Positions 50,814 through 59,898 of a DNA stretch of 64,000 nt are shown piece after piece. The stretch comes from a virus: the IMG/VR virus record IMGVR_UViG_3300002052_000002, positions 48,901 through 112,900 of that record; one strand, given 5' to 3'. The notes below the pieces were generated by a model, which did no database searches, was not told where the DNA came from, and was given only the letters and a program-made list of their open reading frames with translations. The first letter of the stretch is position 1, and each line of letters begins with the position of its first letter. The position numbers and the translations under genes are program-made.

Positions 50814-50853
50814 TATATATAACATTACGAGCTGAAAAATGCTGTAATTTCCG
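50814..50853 (-). promoter_or_regulatory. Promoter-like motif, copy 2 (CGGAAATTAC-N22-TATATATA)
   Basis: Intergenic, followed by an AGGAGG RBS; matches 30381-30420. Confidence 0.65.
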
Positions 50854-50859
50854 ACATGA

Positions 50860-51021
50860 TTATTGTTTTTCTTCTTGTGATTCCCATTTACTATTATTAG
50901 TTACAGTGTTGACAATAAGTACATCCTCTCGTGGCATATAACAACTTATATCCTCTGTAGGAGTCCTGAATATTCCCCATGTCCACGCTATGCACTTGAC
51001 TTTCTTTATAGGTTCCTGCAT
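50860..51021 (-). CDS. 53-aa hypothetical protein (MQEPIKKVKC...), absent from the ORF track
   Basis: AAGGAG RBS; fills the gap. Confidence 0.45.
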   Translation of the reverse strand: MQEPIKKVKCIAWTWGIFRTPTEDISCYMPREDVLIVNTVTNNSKWESQEEKQ

Positions 51022-51030
51022 ACTAACTCC

Positions 51031-51396
51031 TTATGTGAAATACATTGTCTTTTTGTCACTTTCATCTTTAGGAATCCACTCATCCGCAGTAGCCCCAGGC
51101 ATCCCTGGTACTGGTACATCTTTTCTTCTCACATAATCCTTTAATTCTGAAGACATATGTGGTTTATCTGCCAATGCTCCAGGCCTACAATCTCTTAGCT
51201 CTTCTAACGGAGGTGTAGGATCTGGAAGAGATTTAAGAATATCATCAGAGTTCATGCGGAAATTCGAGACAGATATGATCTTCTGGATCTCTGTAGATTC
51301 ACACACCTTACATTCAGTACATTCCTCATCGGACCTAATCTTTAGAAACTCGAACTTACTCCCACAAGTTTTGCATTCGTATTCATAAATAGGCAT
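51031..51396 (-). CDS. FmdB-family zinc-ribbon protein
   Basis: MPIYEYECxxCG..FE...CxxC. Confidence 0.8.
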   Translation of the reverse strand: MPIYEYECKTCGSKFEFLKIRSDEECTECKVCESTEIQKIISVSNFRMNSDDILKSLPDPTPPLEELRDCRPGALADKPHMSSELKDYVRRKDVPVPGMPGATADEWIPKDESDKKTMYFT

Positions 51397-51406
51397 GATA
51401 TTCTCC

Positions 51407-51781
51407 TTACTTATAGTCGATTACATGATTTTTAAGTATATCTCCATTGAGAAATACAATTTCTATTTCTATTACCACATCTTTTATTGTGGAATTACGA
51501 ATATATATTTTCTCAATCGGAGATGGTATTGGATAGGACACTGCCCACACAGAGCCAAATATATCTATCCATCTAAATTGTAAATTGTATGGATAATGCG
51601 CTGAAGGAAAGATGTGTTTAATATCTCCCCTTTCTACTGTAGTTCTATGATAGTCATTCATATAAACTTTTACTTGGTATAGGGACGTATTATCTATACT
51701 CATTGATGTATAAGAGCCATTGCATCCATTAAGAAATAGACTGCCCACAAATATGGTTAAAGCTATTAGAAATTTCTTCAT
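51407..51781 (-). CDS. Putative lipoprotein
   Basis: MKKFLIALTIFVGSLFLNGC lipobox. Confidence 0.6.
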   Translation of the reverse strand: MKKFLIALTIFVGSLFLNGCNGSYTSMSIDNTSLYQVKVYMNDYHRTTVERGDIKHIFPSAHYPYNLQFRWIDIFGSVWAVSYPIPSPIEKIYIRNSTIKDVVIEIEIVFLNGDILKNHVIDYK

Positions 51782-51782
51782 A

Positions 51783-51920
51783 TTAATCACCAAATCCTTT
51801 TCCATCGTCCTGTCGAAACATGCAACCAAAACAAGCTGGCTTATCGTTAATAGTTCCGACGATATAGGAATCCTCATCTCCACAACATTCACACTTGCCC
51901 ATATAAGTTTTCTTTTCCAT
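51783..51920 (-). CDS. 45-aa zinc-finger peptide, absent from the ORF track
   Basis: GGAGGAGG RBS; MEKKTYMGKCECCG...CFGC. Confidence 0.55.
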   Translation of the reverse strand: MEKKTYMGKCECCGDEDSYIVGTINDKPACFGCMFRQDDGKGFGD

Positions 51921-51932
51921 AAATCCTCCTCC

Positions 51933-52520
51933 TTAATGAAAATGTCCTACTACATGAGCTTTTGGATTGTTCATGCATACCGTACATTTCTCACCACATC
52001 CTTGATCGCCCGCACTGGATGGACATAAATATTCATCATGAAATGGAAACTCATCCCCTGTTATAGCACGATTGGTAGCCCTATTCCAATCAATTCTGTA
52101 GTCCCATTTACTGCCGAAGCTCTGGAGAATATTGAAATTATCGGGCTTCTTACTCCAAAGATCCAAATGAAATGATTTAGTAAATGCAAAGAACTTCTTC
52201 TTAGGAAGTTTCCTAGCTATCTCATACCACTTATTCAGGTACCTCTGGTTGTAGAAGTCTCCACTCTCATGGACTCTGATATATGGCTCCTTTCTTTTAG
52301 AGAGGTAGTCTACAACCCTGTCTACAAAGTCAGCTTGTTTGGTCAGCTCAAGATTCTTTTCTCTGAATGGCACGGTCTGTTTGTACATGCGTTCTATCTT
52401 AATTTCATAACACCACTTCCTGCATGCTCCTGCACCTGGACAAGTAGTTAATCTAGGTAAGTTCCATATGAGAATTTTAGGGGATAGCTTTCTATTCCCT
52501 TTTGAAAATCTGTCATTCAT
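51933..52520 (-). CDS. GP88-family (radical-SAM-like) phage protein
   Basis: GN.KL, LP...TCPG..C...CY, RVHESGDFY, AFTKS. Confidence 0.75.
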   Translation of the reverse strand: MNDRFSKGNRKLSPKILIWNLPRLTTCPGAGACRKWCYEIKIERMYKQTVPFREKNLELTKQADFVDRVVDYLSKRKEPYIRVHESGDFYNQRYLNKWYEIARKLPKKKFFAFTKSFHLDLWSKKPDNFNILQSFGSKWDYRIDWNRATNRAITGDEFPFHDEYLCPSSAGDQGCGEKCTVCMNNPKAHVVGHFH

Positions 52521-52523
52521 TTC

Positions 52524-52856
52524 TTATCTCCTATCATCATACTCTTTATACCTCTCATAGTTTAATGCATAATGTAATAATGCTAGGGCATTCCAAGCGA
52601 CATGTGCTAGATGATGGCATCCAAAATCTTCTTCGTTGATATCTCTTTTGTGCCACCACCATTTCATCAGATGGGACATTAGTGCACGGAAAACCCTATG
52701 GAATTTGATTCCCTTTGCCCAATTCCAATCATCATATTTTTGTGCACCGCTTGTATAGACTTTAACAGTCTCCTCTAAAGCATCGAATGGGATAAGATCC
52801 CACCGTAGTTTGCCCTCATCATATTTCGTTCCTTCTTTCAATTTCTCATCTGTCAT
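52524..52856 (-). CDS. dATP/dGTP diphosphohydrolase-domain protein (DUF5664-like)
   Basis: G.KYD.GKLRWDLIP, GA.KY..WNW.KG, HLAH.AWN. Confidence 0.82.
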   Translation of the reverse strand: MTDEKLKEGTKYDEGKLRWDLIPFDALEETVKVYTSGAQKYDDWNWAKGIKFHRVFRALMSHLMKWWWHKRDINEEDFGCHHLAHVAWNALALLHYALNYERYKEYDDRR

Positions 52857-52865
52857 ACTGCCTCC

Positions 52866-53120
52866 TTACCATAATGGATATCCGTTTTTCCATACCCATA
52901 TATAAAATCCATAAATATTAACTAGTGAAAATACTACCCATATAGTAATCTGCCCATACATTCTTTTATCCTTATTAAAGAGAATCAAAGCTGTCCAACA
53001 AGCATTCCCAAATGTCCAGATAAAAAAGCATGATGCGAGATTGTATATATTTAATATGCATCCAACAGTAGAGATAGCGGATATCAACCAAGGTGCATAT
53101 TTAATTAAAAAGTTCTTCAT
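52866..53120 (-). CDS. Half-size PnuC-like membrane protein
   Basis: 3 TM helices; F.IW..GN..W and NIYGFY.W motifs. Confidence 0.55.
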   Translation of the reverse strand: MKNFLIKYAPWLISAISTVGCILNIYNLASCFFIWTFGNACWTALILFNKDKRMYGQITIWVVFSLVNIYGFYIWVWKNGYPLW

Positions 53121-53272
53121 TTCTTTCTCCTTTTATCTCTCCAATCAAATTGGCTTTTCATCTTACTCGTCATCACTACCCATACAGCTATAATAGCAAT
53201 CCCCATAAATATTAATGAACCCAACGGTACTCCAACAATTTCTTGTCGAAGCCATAAAAGAATGTTTAACAT
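53117..53272 (-). CDS. Small membrane protein
   Basis: TAATG-coupled start MLNILLW; one TM helix. Confidence 0.45.
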   Translation of the reverse strand: MLNILLWLRQEIVGVPLGSLIFMGIAIIAVWVVMTSKMKSQFDWRDKRRKK

Positions 53273-53649
53273 TATTTTATATCTCCATTCTCTTTTCGTT
53301 TCTTTAATTCGTATGGCATAACGTAAAGATTGAAGAAGACTTGCCAAGCCAACTTATAGGCCATACGATCCTGCTCTTTCATATGATATAGTACTTTTGG
53401 CTGGCGCGGTCCAAATTGGCAAAGATACCTATTCTCTACAACTGGTTCGGTATCTCTCTCCATTGTAGTGTATATTTCATGAGCTGTCGTCCATCTTGGA
53501 TTTTCCTTCCAGATGTCTACCATTTGTTTATAGTAAAAGTAGCATCTATCTCCTGGTTGAATTCCATTAAAAGTAGATAGCATAGTATCTAATACCTGTA
53601 ATCCTAACTTATCAATTGCTTTGCGTCTGTCTTCTTTTATGAATGGCAT
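53272..53649 (-). CDS. Conserved phage hypothetical protein
   Basis: MPFIK..RR, PGD..Y, PYE..K..ENGD. Confidence 0.55.
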   Translation of the reverse strand: MPFIKEDRRKAIDKLGLQVLDTMLSTFNGIQPGDRCYFYYKQMVDIWKENPRWTTAHEIYTTMERDTEPVVENRYLCQFGPRQPKVLYHMKEQDRMAYKLAWQVFFNLYVMPYELKKRKENGDIK

Positions 53650-53816
53650 TTTCTCTCCTCCTCATATGCAAGACAACATTCTTTTGAACAGAAATAGGTA
53701 TTCCCCTTTTTATAAATAAGGGCCTCTGTCACATCGTAATTTACTCCGCAATGATTGCATACACATTTTATAGGTACATGAAATTCCGACCATTCAATGG
53801 CTTTAACTTCTAACAT
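53637..53816 (-). CDS. TRASH-like metal-binding small protein
   Basis: CNHCG...YFCSKEC; AAGGAG RBS. Confidence 0.5.
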   Translation of the reverse strand: MLEVKAIEWSEFHVPIKCVCNHCGVNYDVTEALIYKKGNTYFCSKECCLAYEEERKCHS

Positions 53817-54247
53817 TTTATTACTCCTTTCAAGAATTCTGTAAACTCGTCCCATGATCCAAACATCATACCACCAGATGCTTCTACAATAAATCTTATC
53901 CAAGGATGCATCTGACAATCGGAAGAAACTATATATACTGGTTTATGTGCTTGCATGGCACAGAACCAAATTTCACAGATAGTTCCTATTTGATGAGTCT
54001 GTTTAGTAACCAATGCGACAACTCCATCTGCGTACATAATTTGACCGATATCTTTACCAACTATAGTGGCAGGATCAATATCAGCAGAGTTCCTAGTCTT
54101 TTCTCCTCTATCTATAGCTTCGATATCATCTCTTCCTGTATCATAGAATGGATTGATGAGTTCTACTCCAGTAGTCTCTTCTATAGATTTTTCGATACTA
54201 CGAATCTCATGTCGCATTTCCAATGGATGTGCTAAATATAACTTCAT
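53810..54247 (-). CDS. Nucleoside 2-deoxyribosyltransferase-like protein
   Basis: LYLAHP, INPF, D...I..ADGVVA, GTICE, KPV. Confidence 0.7.
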   Translation of the reverse strand: MKLYLAHPLEMRHEIRSIEKSIEETTGVELINPFYDTGRDDIEAIDRGEKTRNSADIDPATIVGKDIGQIMYADGVVALVTKQTHQIGTICEIWFCAMQAHKPVYIVSSDCQMHPWIRFIVEASGGMMFGSWDEFTEFLKGVIKC

Positions 54248-54256
54248 TTTGCCTCC

Positions 54257-54637
54257 TTATAGGCTAGTGTCTAAATACCTCATTAGCTTTGTAAAGCTTT
54301 TTCCTTTCATATCATCAGGGAAACTTTCTTTATTTACAAAGATGAATCTTTTCTCGTTAGGCCGTAACTGTTGTAACATAAAGAACATGCCTAAATCAAA
54401 TATGCTTCCTAATGAAGTTCGACTAAACCAGATATGAATTTCATCGGCACTTCTCATAGCTCTAGCATTTGATGCGCAGATGCCAATGCCTATTGGATCA
54501 GTTTGATCTGTATCTCTAATAGGCCAATAGACTACGTTTCCTTCTTTCTCCATTTTAGTGACATACTCTTTTACATTATCCATGTCTTCCTCCGTTATGT
54601 CTCTAACAGGTGAGATTAAAAATATATTCATTTCCAT
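54257..54637 (-). CDS. Nucleoside 2-deoxyribosyltransferase-like protein, second copy
   Basis: IFLISPVR, VYWP.RDT.Q, ADE..IW...S.GS.FDLGM. Confidence 0.6.
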   Translation of the reverse strand: MEMNIFLISPVRDITEEDMDNVKEYVTKMEKEGNVVYWPIRDTDQTDPIGIGICASNARAMRSADEIHIWFSRTSLGSIFDLGMFFMLQQLRPNEKRFIFVNKESFPDDMKGKSFTKLMRYLDTSL

Positions 54638-57048
54638 TCCTCCATATTTCCTAGACTTGTGCCGTATTTGGCATCAACTAGAATAGGTATTGAAACTTTG
54701 AGAAATTTCTGAAAATAAGAAGTCATAATCTTTATTATTATTGGAACAATCCATATCTCAGTCTGGTGAACTGATAGAATGACGGAGTCGTGAATCTCCA
54801 ATAACAATTTAGATCTGAGTTTAAACTTTTCAAGAAACTCTTTAATCCCAATGAGAGATACCAATAGGAAATCTGAAGCTAGACTTTGTATTGGAGCATT
54901 AATCGCTTCACGAATCATCGCCTGAACTGTTTCACTGTTGGGATCAGTATACTTCCATACAGGCAATCTCCTATATCTACCAAGTGGAGAACGAACCCAT
55001 CCTTGTGTAAGAATTAGATTCTTCGTATTCTCCATATATTCCGCCAACTTAGGATAAGTCTCAAAGAATTTAGCTAAATATTCATCGGCCTCCTCCTCAG
55101 TACAATTTATCTTCTTCATCAGGCCCCATTTGGTCTGCCCATAAATCGTACCGAAATTAACTGTCTTACCTATAATTCGTCTTTGATCATCTGTAACTTG
55201 ATCTTCTAGAATTCCTAGAATACCAGCAGTAGTTTTACGATGAACATCCCCTTTCAATGCCTCTTTAAGAATCTCATCTTCAGCTATCTCCGCCGCAAGT
55301 CGAAGCTCTATCTGATTAAAATCAAATTCGACGAGGAAATGTTCTGGGTCTGCGATAACTGCATTACGTATCTTAATTAAATCTTTCTTACCCTTTGGCA
55401 GATTCTGAAGATTCGGCTTACGGCTTGAGGTTCTCCCTGTTGCTGTCTCCGTCAACCAATATGTAGTATGAATTCTACCATCATCAGCCACAGCCTCAGT
55501 GAATTCTTTCAATGTTTTAGAGCGCATGGTCTGCCATTGAGAATATTTGATAAGTAGTTCACAAAGAGGACTCTTATCTTTTAATTTATCTAAAACATCT
55601 AAATCAGTAGATGGTTCTCTAGAAGTAGGAGTCCGTTTTAGGATTGGCAGACTTTCATATTTAAATAGAACTTCACGAAGTTGGACATGGGAATTAGGAT
55701 TGAATTCTATATCATTATCAGTCTCATATTGCCTAACTGAAGGATAACTTCGGATTTCTTCTTCAAGTTCTTCTAGTATCCCAATTGTCTCATCCGTTCC
55801 ATCTATTTTGTCGATGGCTTCCTGTACTAAATCCTGGTCTATAAGGATTCCCCTTTCTTCCATTTCGGACAAGACTATAGATACAGGGAGTAGAACTCCA
55901 GAAAAGAGAGCATATAGCTGCTGATCAGCAGCAAGTTTTTGATACTGTGCTTTATAAATTCTATACGTAATATCAGAATCTACCGCATTGTACTCATATA
56001 ATTCATCCCCTTCTACTTTATCTACTTTATCTTTAAGTTGTGTTTCGTACCCTCCACACTTTGTATATTTCCATGCTAAATCTTTCAACCCATTAGATTC
56101 GTTCTCATTTAGTAAAAACTGAGCGATTTTAGTATCCCAATAAAGTCCAATGGTTTGTATACCTAATATATGCCTAACCCATAGGATATCGAACTTAGCA
56201 TTCTGAGCTATCTTTTTGATATCAGGGGCTTCGAATATGATACGCAGGTCATCTAGAATTCCATTCCATTCGTCTTCTTTCCAAGGATTGAATTCTCCAT
56301 AATCTGTTGGAAGCACAGCAGCTTTTTTGTGTGCCCATGAGAATCCTATACATTTTACTTGTGAATCATATTGGAATGGCGATAATCCTGTAGTCTCTAC
56401 ATCGAAAGCGAATTCTTTAGTATTTATTATATTAGCAAGAATATTAGTCCAAGTATCTATATCTCTTATAACCGTGTACTCACCAAGGTCAGATGGGTCT
56501 GTAAGATTACCAGTGAGAGCATTTGGAATTCTTGCCATGTGTTCAAAGAAAGTTCCTTGCTCGTCTTGGTGACGTAAGATATAGGCTGGATGGAGGATGG
56601 GTAGAACTAGTCTCCCATCTATTTCCATAGTCTTGCCAGAATACTTTACTATCCCACTCTTTATGCCTGTTACGGCATGGAGTGGAACATTGCCCAATAA
56701 TACTATCAGTTTAAGATTGGGCATATTAGTTATTTCTTCTTCTAAGAATGGACGGCATGTTTTGATCTCTTTTGTAGTAGGAGTCCGATTCTTAGGAGGA
56801 CGACATTTTACTGCGTTAGTAATTGCATAATTCTCAATATGAGTATTATAAATAGCTTCTCTTAATAAAATACCAGCGTCCCCAATAAAAGGACGTCCTT
56901 CGTCGTCTTCATCAACTCCAGGGGCTTCTCCTACAAAAAGGATCTCTGCATTTAAATCACCCTCCATCCCCATATGTGCGGTTTTGCATCCCTTACATAA
57001 GATGCAATCTACTCCGCACTCCAATTGTTTTGTCAGTTTAGGTGTCAT
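54628..57048 (-). CDS. Family A DNA polymerase with an N-terminal family-4 uracil-DNA glycosylase domain and 3'-5' exonuclease
   Basis: UDG: VGEAPG, GRPF.G.AG, KCRPP.NR.P, HPAY.LR. Exo: DVETTG, NAKFD, Y...D. Pol: DFNQIELR, R...K.VNFG.IYG, IHDS. Confidence 0.93.
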   Translation of the reverse strand: MTPKLTKQLECGVDCILCKGCKTAHMGMEGDLNAEILFVGEAPGVDEDDEGRPFIGDAGILLREAIYNTHIENYAITNAVKCRPPKNRTPTTKEIKTCRPFLEEEITNMPNLKLIVLLGNVPLHAVTGIKSGIVKYSGKTMEIDGRLVLPILHPAYILRHQDEQGTFFEHMARIPNALTGNLTDPSDLGEYTVIRDIDTWTNILANIINTKEFAFDVETTGLSPFQYDSQVKCIGFSWAHKKAAVLPTDYGEFNPWKEDEWNGILDDLRIIFEAPDIKKIAQNAKFDILWVRHILGIQTIGLYWDTKIAQFLLNENESNGLKDLAWKYTKCGGYETQLKDKVDKVEGDELYEYNAVDSDITYRIYKAQYQKLAADQQLYALFSGVLLPVSIVLSEMEERGILIDQDLVQEAIDKIDGTDETIGILEELEEEIRSYPSVRQYETDNDIEFNPNSHVQLREVLFKYESLPILKRTPTSREPSTDLDVLDKLKDKSPLCELLIKYSQWQTMRSKTLKEFTEAVADDGRIHTTYWLTETATGRTSSRKPNLQNLPKGKKDLIKIRNAVIADPEHFLVEFDFNQIELRLAAEIAEDEILKEALKGDVHRKTTAGILGILEDQVTDDQRRIIGKTVNFGTIYGQTKWGLMKKINCTEEEADEYLAKFFETYPKLAEYMENTKNLILTQGWVRSPLGRYRRLPVWKYTDPNSETVQAMIREAINAPIQSLASDFLLVSLIGIKEFLEKFKLRSKLLLEIHDSVILSVHQTEIWIVPIIIKIMTSYFQKFLKVSIPILVDAKYGTSLGNMEEWK

Positions 57049-57058
57049 AATGAGATCC

Positions 57059-57508
57059 TTATTTCTTTAAAATTCTACGTCTTATCTCCCTCCATTTATT
57101 GGAATCGAGTCCTAATAAATCTTTGATATTTGCTATAGATTCTCCTTTCTTCAGCATCTGAATAATATGAGCATCAGAGCCGAACTTGGTTTTAGCCGTA
57201 GTTTCTAATTCCAAGTCATCAAGAACAATCTCTTCCATCTCATAGGCTGCTATATCCTCTGGAAGTTCTTCGATAGAAGTCTCTTTGCGCCTAATAAGTC
57301 TAAGCTTCCTCTCCATATTAGAATAGAACCAGTTTATAGATTTCAAAACTTGAAGCAATTCTGCATCTGGGAAATCTATTTTAAATTCAAAAACATGGAG
57401 ATAGCCATCATTCACTAAATCATTATACGGAATACTATAACGTCGATTTAATAATTTCGCTCTAGAATTAATGGCCTTTTCTATTTCTTTATGCATTATT
57501 TGTTTCAT
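57059..57508 (-). CDS. Divergent sigma70/ECF-like sigma factor
   Basis: 149 aa; region 2-like YNDLVNDGYL; region 4 HTH-like GESIANIKDLLGL....EIRRRILKK. Confidence 0.55.
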   Translation of the reverse strand: MKQIMHKEIEKAINSRAKLLNRRYSIPYNDLVNDGYLHVFEFKIDFPDAELLQVLKSINWFYSNMERKLRLIRRKETSIEELPEDIAAYEMEEIVLDDLELETTAKTKFGSDAHIIQMLKKGESIANIKDLLGLDSNKWREIRRRILKK

Positions 57509-57704
57509 CTAAATACCTTTTTATAACATCTCTAACCATTTCACGTTCAAATTCCGCCCAAAATCCTCTACGGACCTCTGTCCCAAATTGTCGTCGTACC
57601 AGTTCCGTAGCAGTTATACGTCCTGTCGTAGTACCCCAATCAGCACCTAGTTTAGTAGATTCAATATCAATGAAGTTATCTTCATCTTGTTTCAGTATTT
57701 TCAT
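57489..57704 (-). CDS. Micro-protein starting MKILKQD
   Basis: GGTGGAG RBS. Confidence 0.55.
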   Translation of the reverse strand: MKILKQDEDNFIDIESTKLGADWGTTTGRITATELVRRQFGTEVRRGFWAEFEREMVRDVIKRYLDETNNA

Positions 57705-57867
57705 CTCTCCACCAATTATGTCTCCGTTGCATTTCTAGACGCCATCGCTGTTCTAATATTCTTTCTAATGTATCTTGTCCTGCTATCTTTTCATATATAA
57801 GATCTGCAAAATCTTTTTGTGGACTAAGCTCTGGTTTTTCTTCCTCTTTGTGTTTTAGAATTTTCAT
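57682..57867 (-). CDS. Micro-protein starting MKILKHKEEE
   Basis: TAATG-coupled to the primase-helicase stop. Confidence 0.55.
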   Translation of the reverse strand: MKILKHKEEEKPELSPQKDFADLIYEKIAGQDTLERILEQRWRLEMQRRHNWWRDENTETR

Positions 57868-59591
57868 TAATCTTCCTCGAATCTGCACTGTGCATCTTTG
57901 GCTACTAAGAAACAATCTCCACCTTTATCCCATCTAGCCTTGTCAATTCTGACAAGAGTTCGTGGCATAAAGATTCCTTCAGTTGTCCTATTATCCTTTT
58001 CCACATCTTTCACTTTCTCTCTATGGAGAAGGATAATGAAATCTGAATCACCTTCTATATCTGCACTCCAAGCCAAGTCTTCAGAGTCAATGACGGCATT
58101 CTTTCCCATCTTCCTAGGACGAGCAATGGCTAGAATTGTTATTGCCAGTTCTTCTGCTAATAGCTTAAGATTATTAATCATTAATGAAACTTCTCTAGTT
58201 GGGTCATCTCCTCTTGATAAAAAGTGTATATTATCAAATACGATAAAACGTAGGCCATAGCGTTTAGCACACATTCGGATTGTGTCTTCCACTATTTGCC
58301 AATTCAGTTTGCGATACTTGTAAGCAAAATATAGTGGATAATCCTTTATTCGCTGATAAGCGGCGGCTAAGTCCTTCATATTGTTGACTAGCTTCGAGTC
58401 TTTATTTAAAATGTGACCTATTAATCTAGGGACTAAACGCTCTGGCCTCATTTCTAATTCAAATATTAAAGATGGATACCCCTTACTAGCATAATAATAT
58501 AGGAAGTTTAAAGCCATCATGGTCTTCCCAACTCCTGGTTTCGCCCCTAATACTACTAAATCTCCTGGTGCAAACTTACCAGTAAGTCTTTCTATTCTCT
58601 TCCACGGAAGAGTTAATCCACTTTCTTCTTCATCATCCAAATATAAACTCTTCATTAAGTCGCCCATTATAGCCGCAATGGATTTGACATCCTCCACATC
58701 GAATGGACGAGCTTGCTTCTTAAAAGCCAGAAAATCATTTAATGTGCCTCCTTTCATGAAGAATTCATTCAAGTCTTTAACAGTCGGAGGAAGGTCTATA
58801 TTGAAGCACCGTTCGAGTCCCAAACGGTCAGCAAATTTGTAGGCTCCTTTAGTTCCAGCAATGTCCCTATCATATACGAAATATACTCGTGGTATTCTAT
58901 CGAGTTTATCAATCCAAGTTGTTTCAACGCCTCCAGCCCCGACAGTTGCTCCAACCACGTTTTTGTATCCCATAGACCATAGAGATATTGCATCCGACTC
59001 TCCCTCTGTAATAACAATTTCATCCAACTTCTCCTTTAAGATGTCCTCATTAAAGAGTAGGGATTTACCACCTTTTATTCTTCTAAAAGATTTATCGGCA
59101 GGGGGTATGGAACGAAACTTAATATTATGCAATTTCCCTTCCCTAAAATAAGGGAAGCCTACCCACTTTATTCCATTATCCTCCCATAGCCCTAGCACAA
59201 AATTAGATATAGCTTCTCTACTAAACTTCCGCCCAAAGAGATATTTAAGAGCATCGACATTATTAAGTAAATATCTATGCGCCTCTATTGATTGAGGAAA
59301 ATATTCTTTATGAATAACCAGTTCGCCATCCTCTTCCTCTTTATACAATTCCCTAACTGAGGTTAGAGGAAGAATATCTCCTAAATATTTCTTCAGTGTA
59401 TACATAGAGCCTGATTGGCTACAAGCTCCATGATGACAGATATACTGTCCAGTTTTCGAATTGATATAGAAGTGGTAGTCAGTATTACGACAGAATGGGC
59501 AGACCTCTATATTCAGCTCTGGCCCATTATCACTGTCTACTACTCTATACTTCCATTGTTTCTTCTCTACATATTCTTGAACGTCATCCAT
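57867..59591 (-). CDS. Primase-helicase (T7 gp4/Twinkle-like: Zn finger, TOPRIM, DnaB/SF4)
   Basis: CPFC...CH..C, ITEGE.DA, YDRD.AG, Walker A GAKPGVGKT, IVFDN, KAR. Confidence 0.92.
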   Translation of the reverse strand: MDDVQEYVEKKQWKYRVVDSDNGPELNIEVCPFCRNTDYHFYINSKTGQYICHHGACSQSGSMYTLKKYLGDILPLTSVRELYKEEEDGELVIHKEYFPQSIEAHRYLLNNVDALKYLFGRKFSREAISNFVLGLWEDNGIKWVGFPYFREGKLHNIKFRSIPPADKSFRRIKGGKSLLFNEDILKEKLDEIVITEGESDAISLWSMGYKNVVGATVGAGGVETTWIDKLDRIPRVYFVYDRDIAGTKGAYKFADRLGLERCFNIDLPPTVKDLNEFFMKGGTLNDFLAFKKQARPFDVEDVKSIAAIMGDLMKSLYLDDEEESGLTLPWKRIERLTGKFAPGDLVVLGAKPGVGKTMMALNFLYYYASKGYPSLIFELEMRPERLVPRLIGHILNKDSKLVNNMKDLAAAYQRIKDYPLYFAYKYRKLNWQIVEDTIRMCAKRYGLRFIVFDNIHFLSRGDDPTREVSLMINNLKLLAEELAITILAIARPRKMGKNAVIDSEDLAWSADIEGDSDFIILLHREKVKDVEKDNRTTEGIFMPRTLVRIDKARWDKGGDCFLVAKDAQCRFEED

Positions 59592-59595
59592 TTAA

Positions 59596-59898
59596 TCACT
59601 CATCCTCTAATTTTACGAAGTATTCAAATAAACTATCCTTTCCCCAAGACCAACAATCTACGCCATATTTATCAAATGGGCCTGAAATATGGCATCGTCC
59701 TGGACAATCTAGTGGCCCACCTTGACTACATGATTTTCTGGAGCGAGCAGTTTTACCACTACAATCTGCTATATATAAGATTTCATATATTTCTCCAGGC
59801 TCCCCTGGATAGGTTGCCATGTACCTGTTTCGTTCATGGTTATCAATCCTATATGCTCTTCTAATAACATATTCTTTGACCTGTTGTAAGATTTTCAT
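59596..59898 (-). CDS. Cys-rich hypothetical protein starting MKILQQ
   Basis: GGAG RBS before ATG 59898. Confidence 0.5.
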   Translation of the reverse strand: MKILQQVKEYVIRRAYRIDNHERNRYMATYPGEPGEIYEILYIADCSGKTARSRKSCSQGGPLDCPGRCHISGPFDKYGVDCWSWGKDSLFEYFVKLEDE

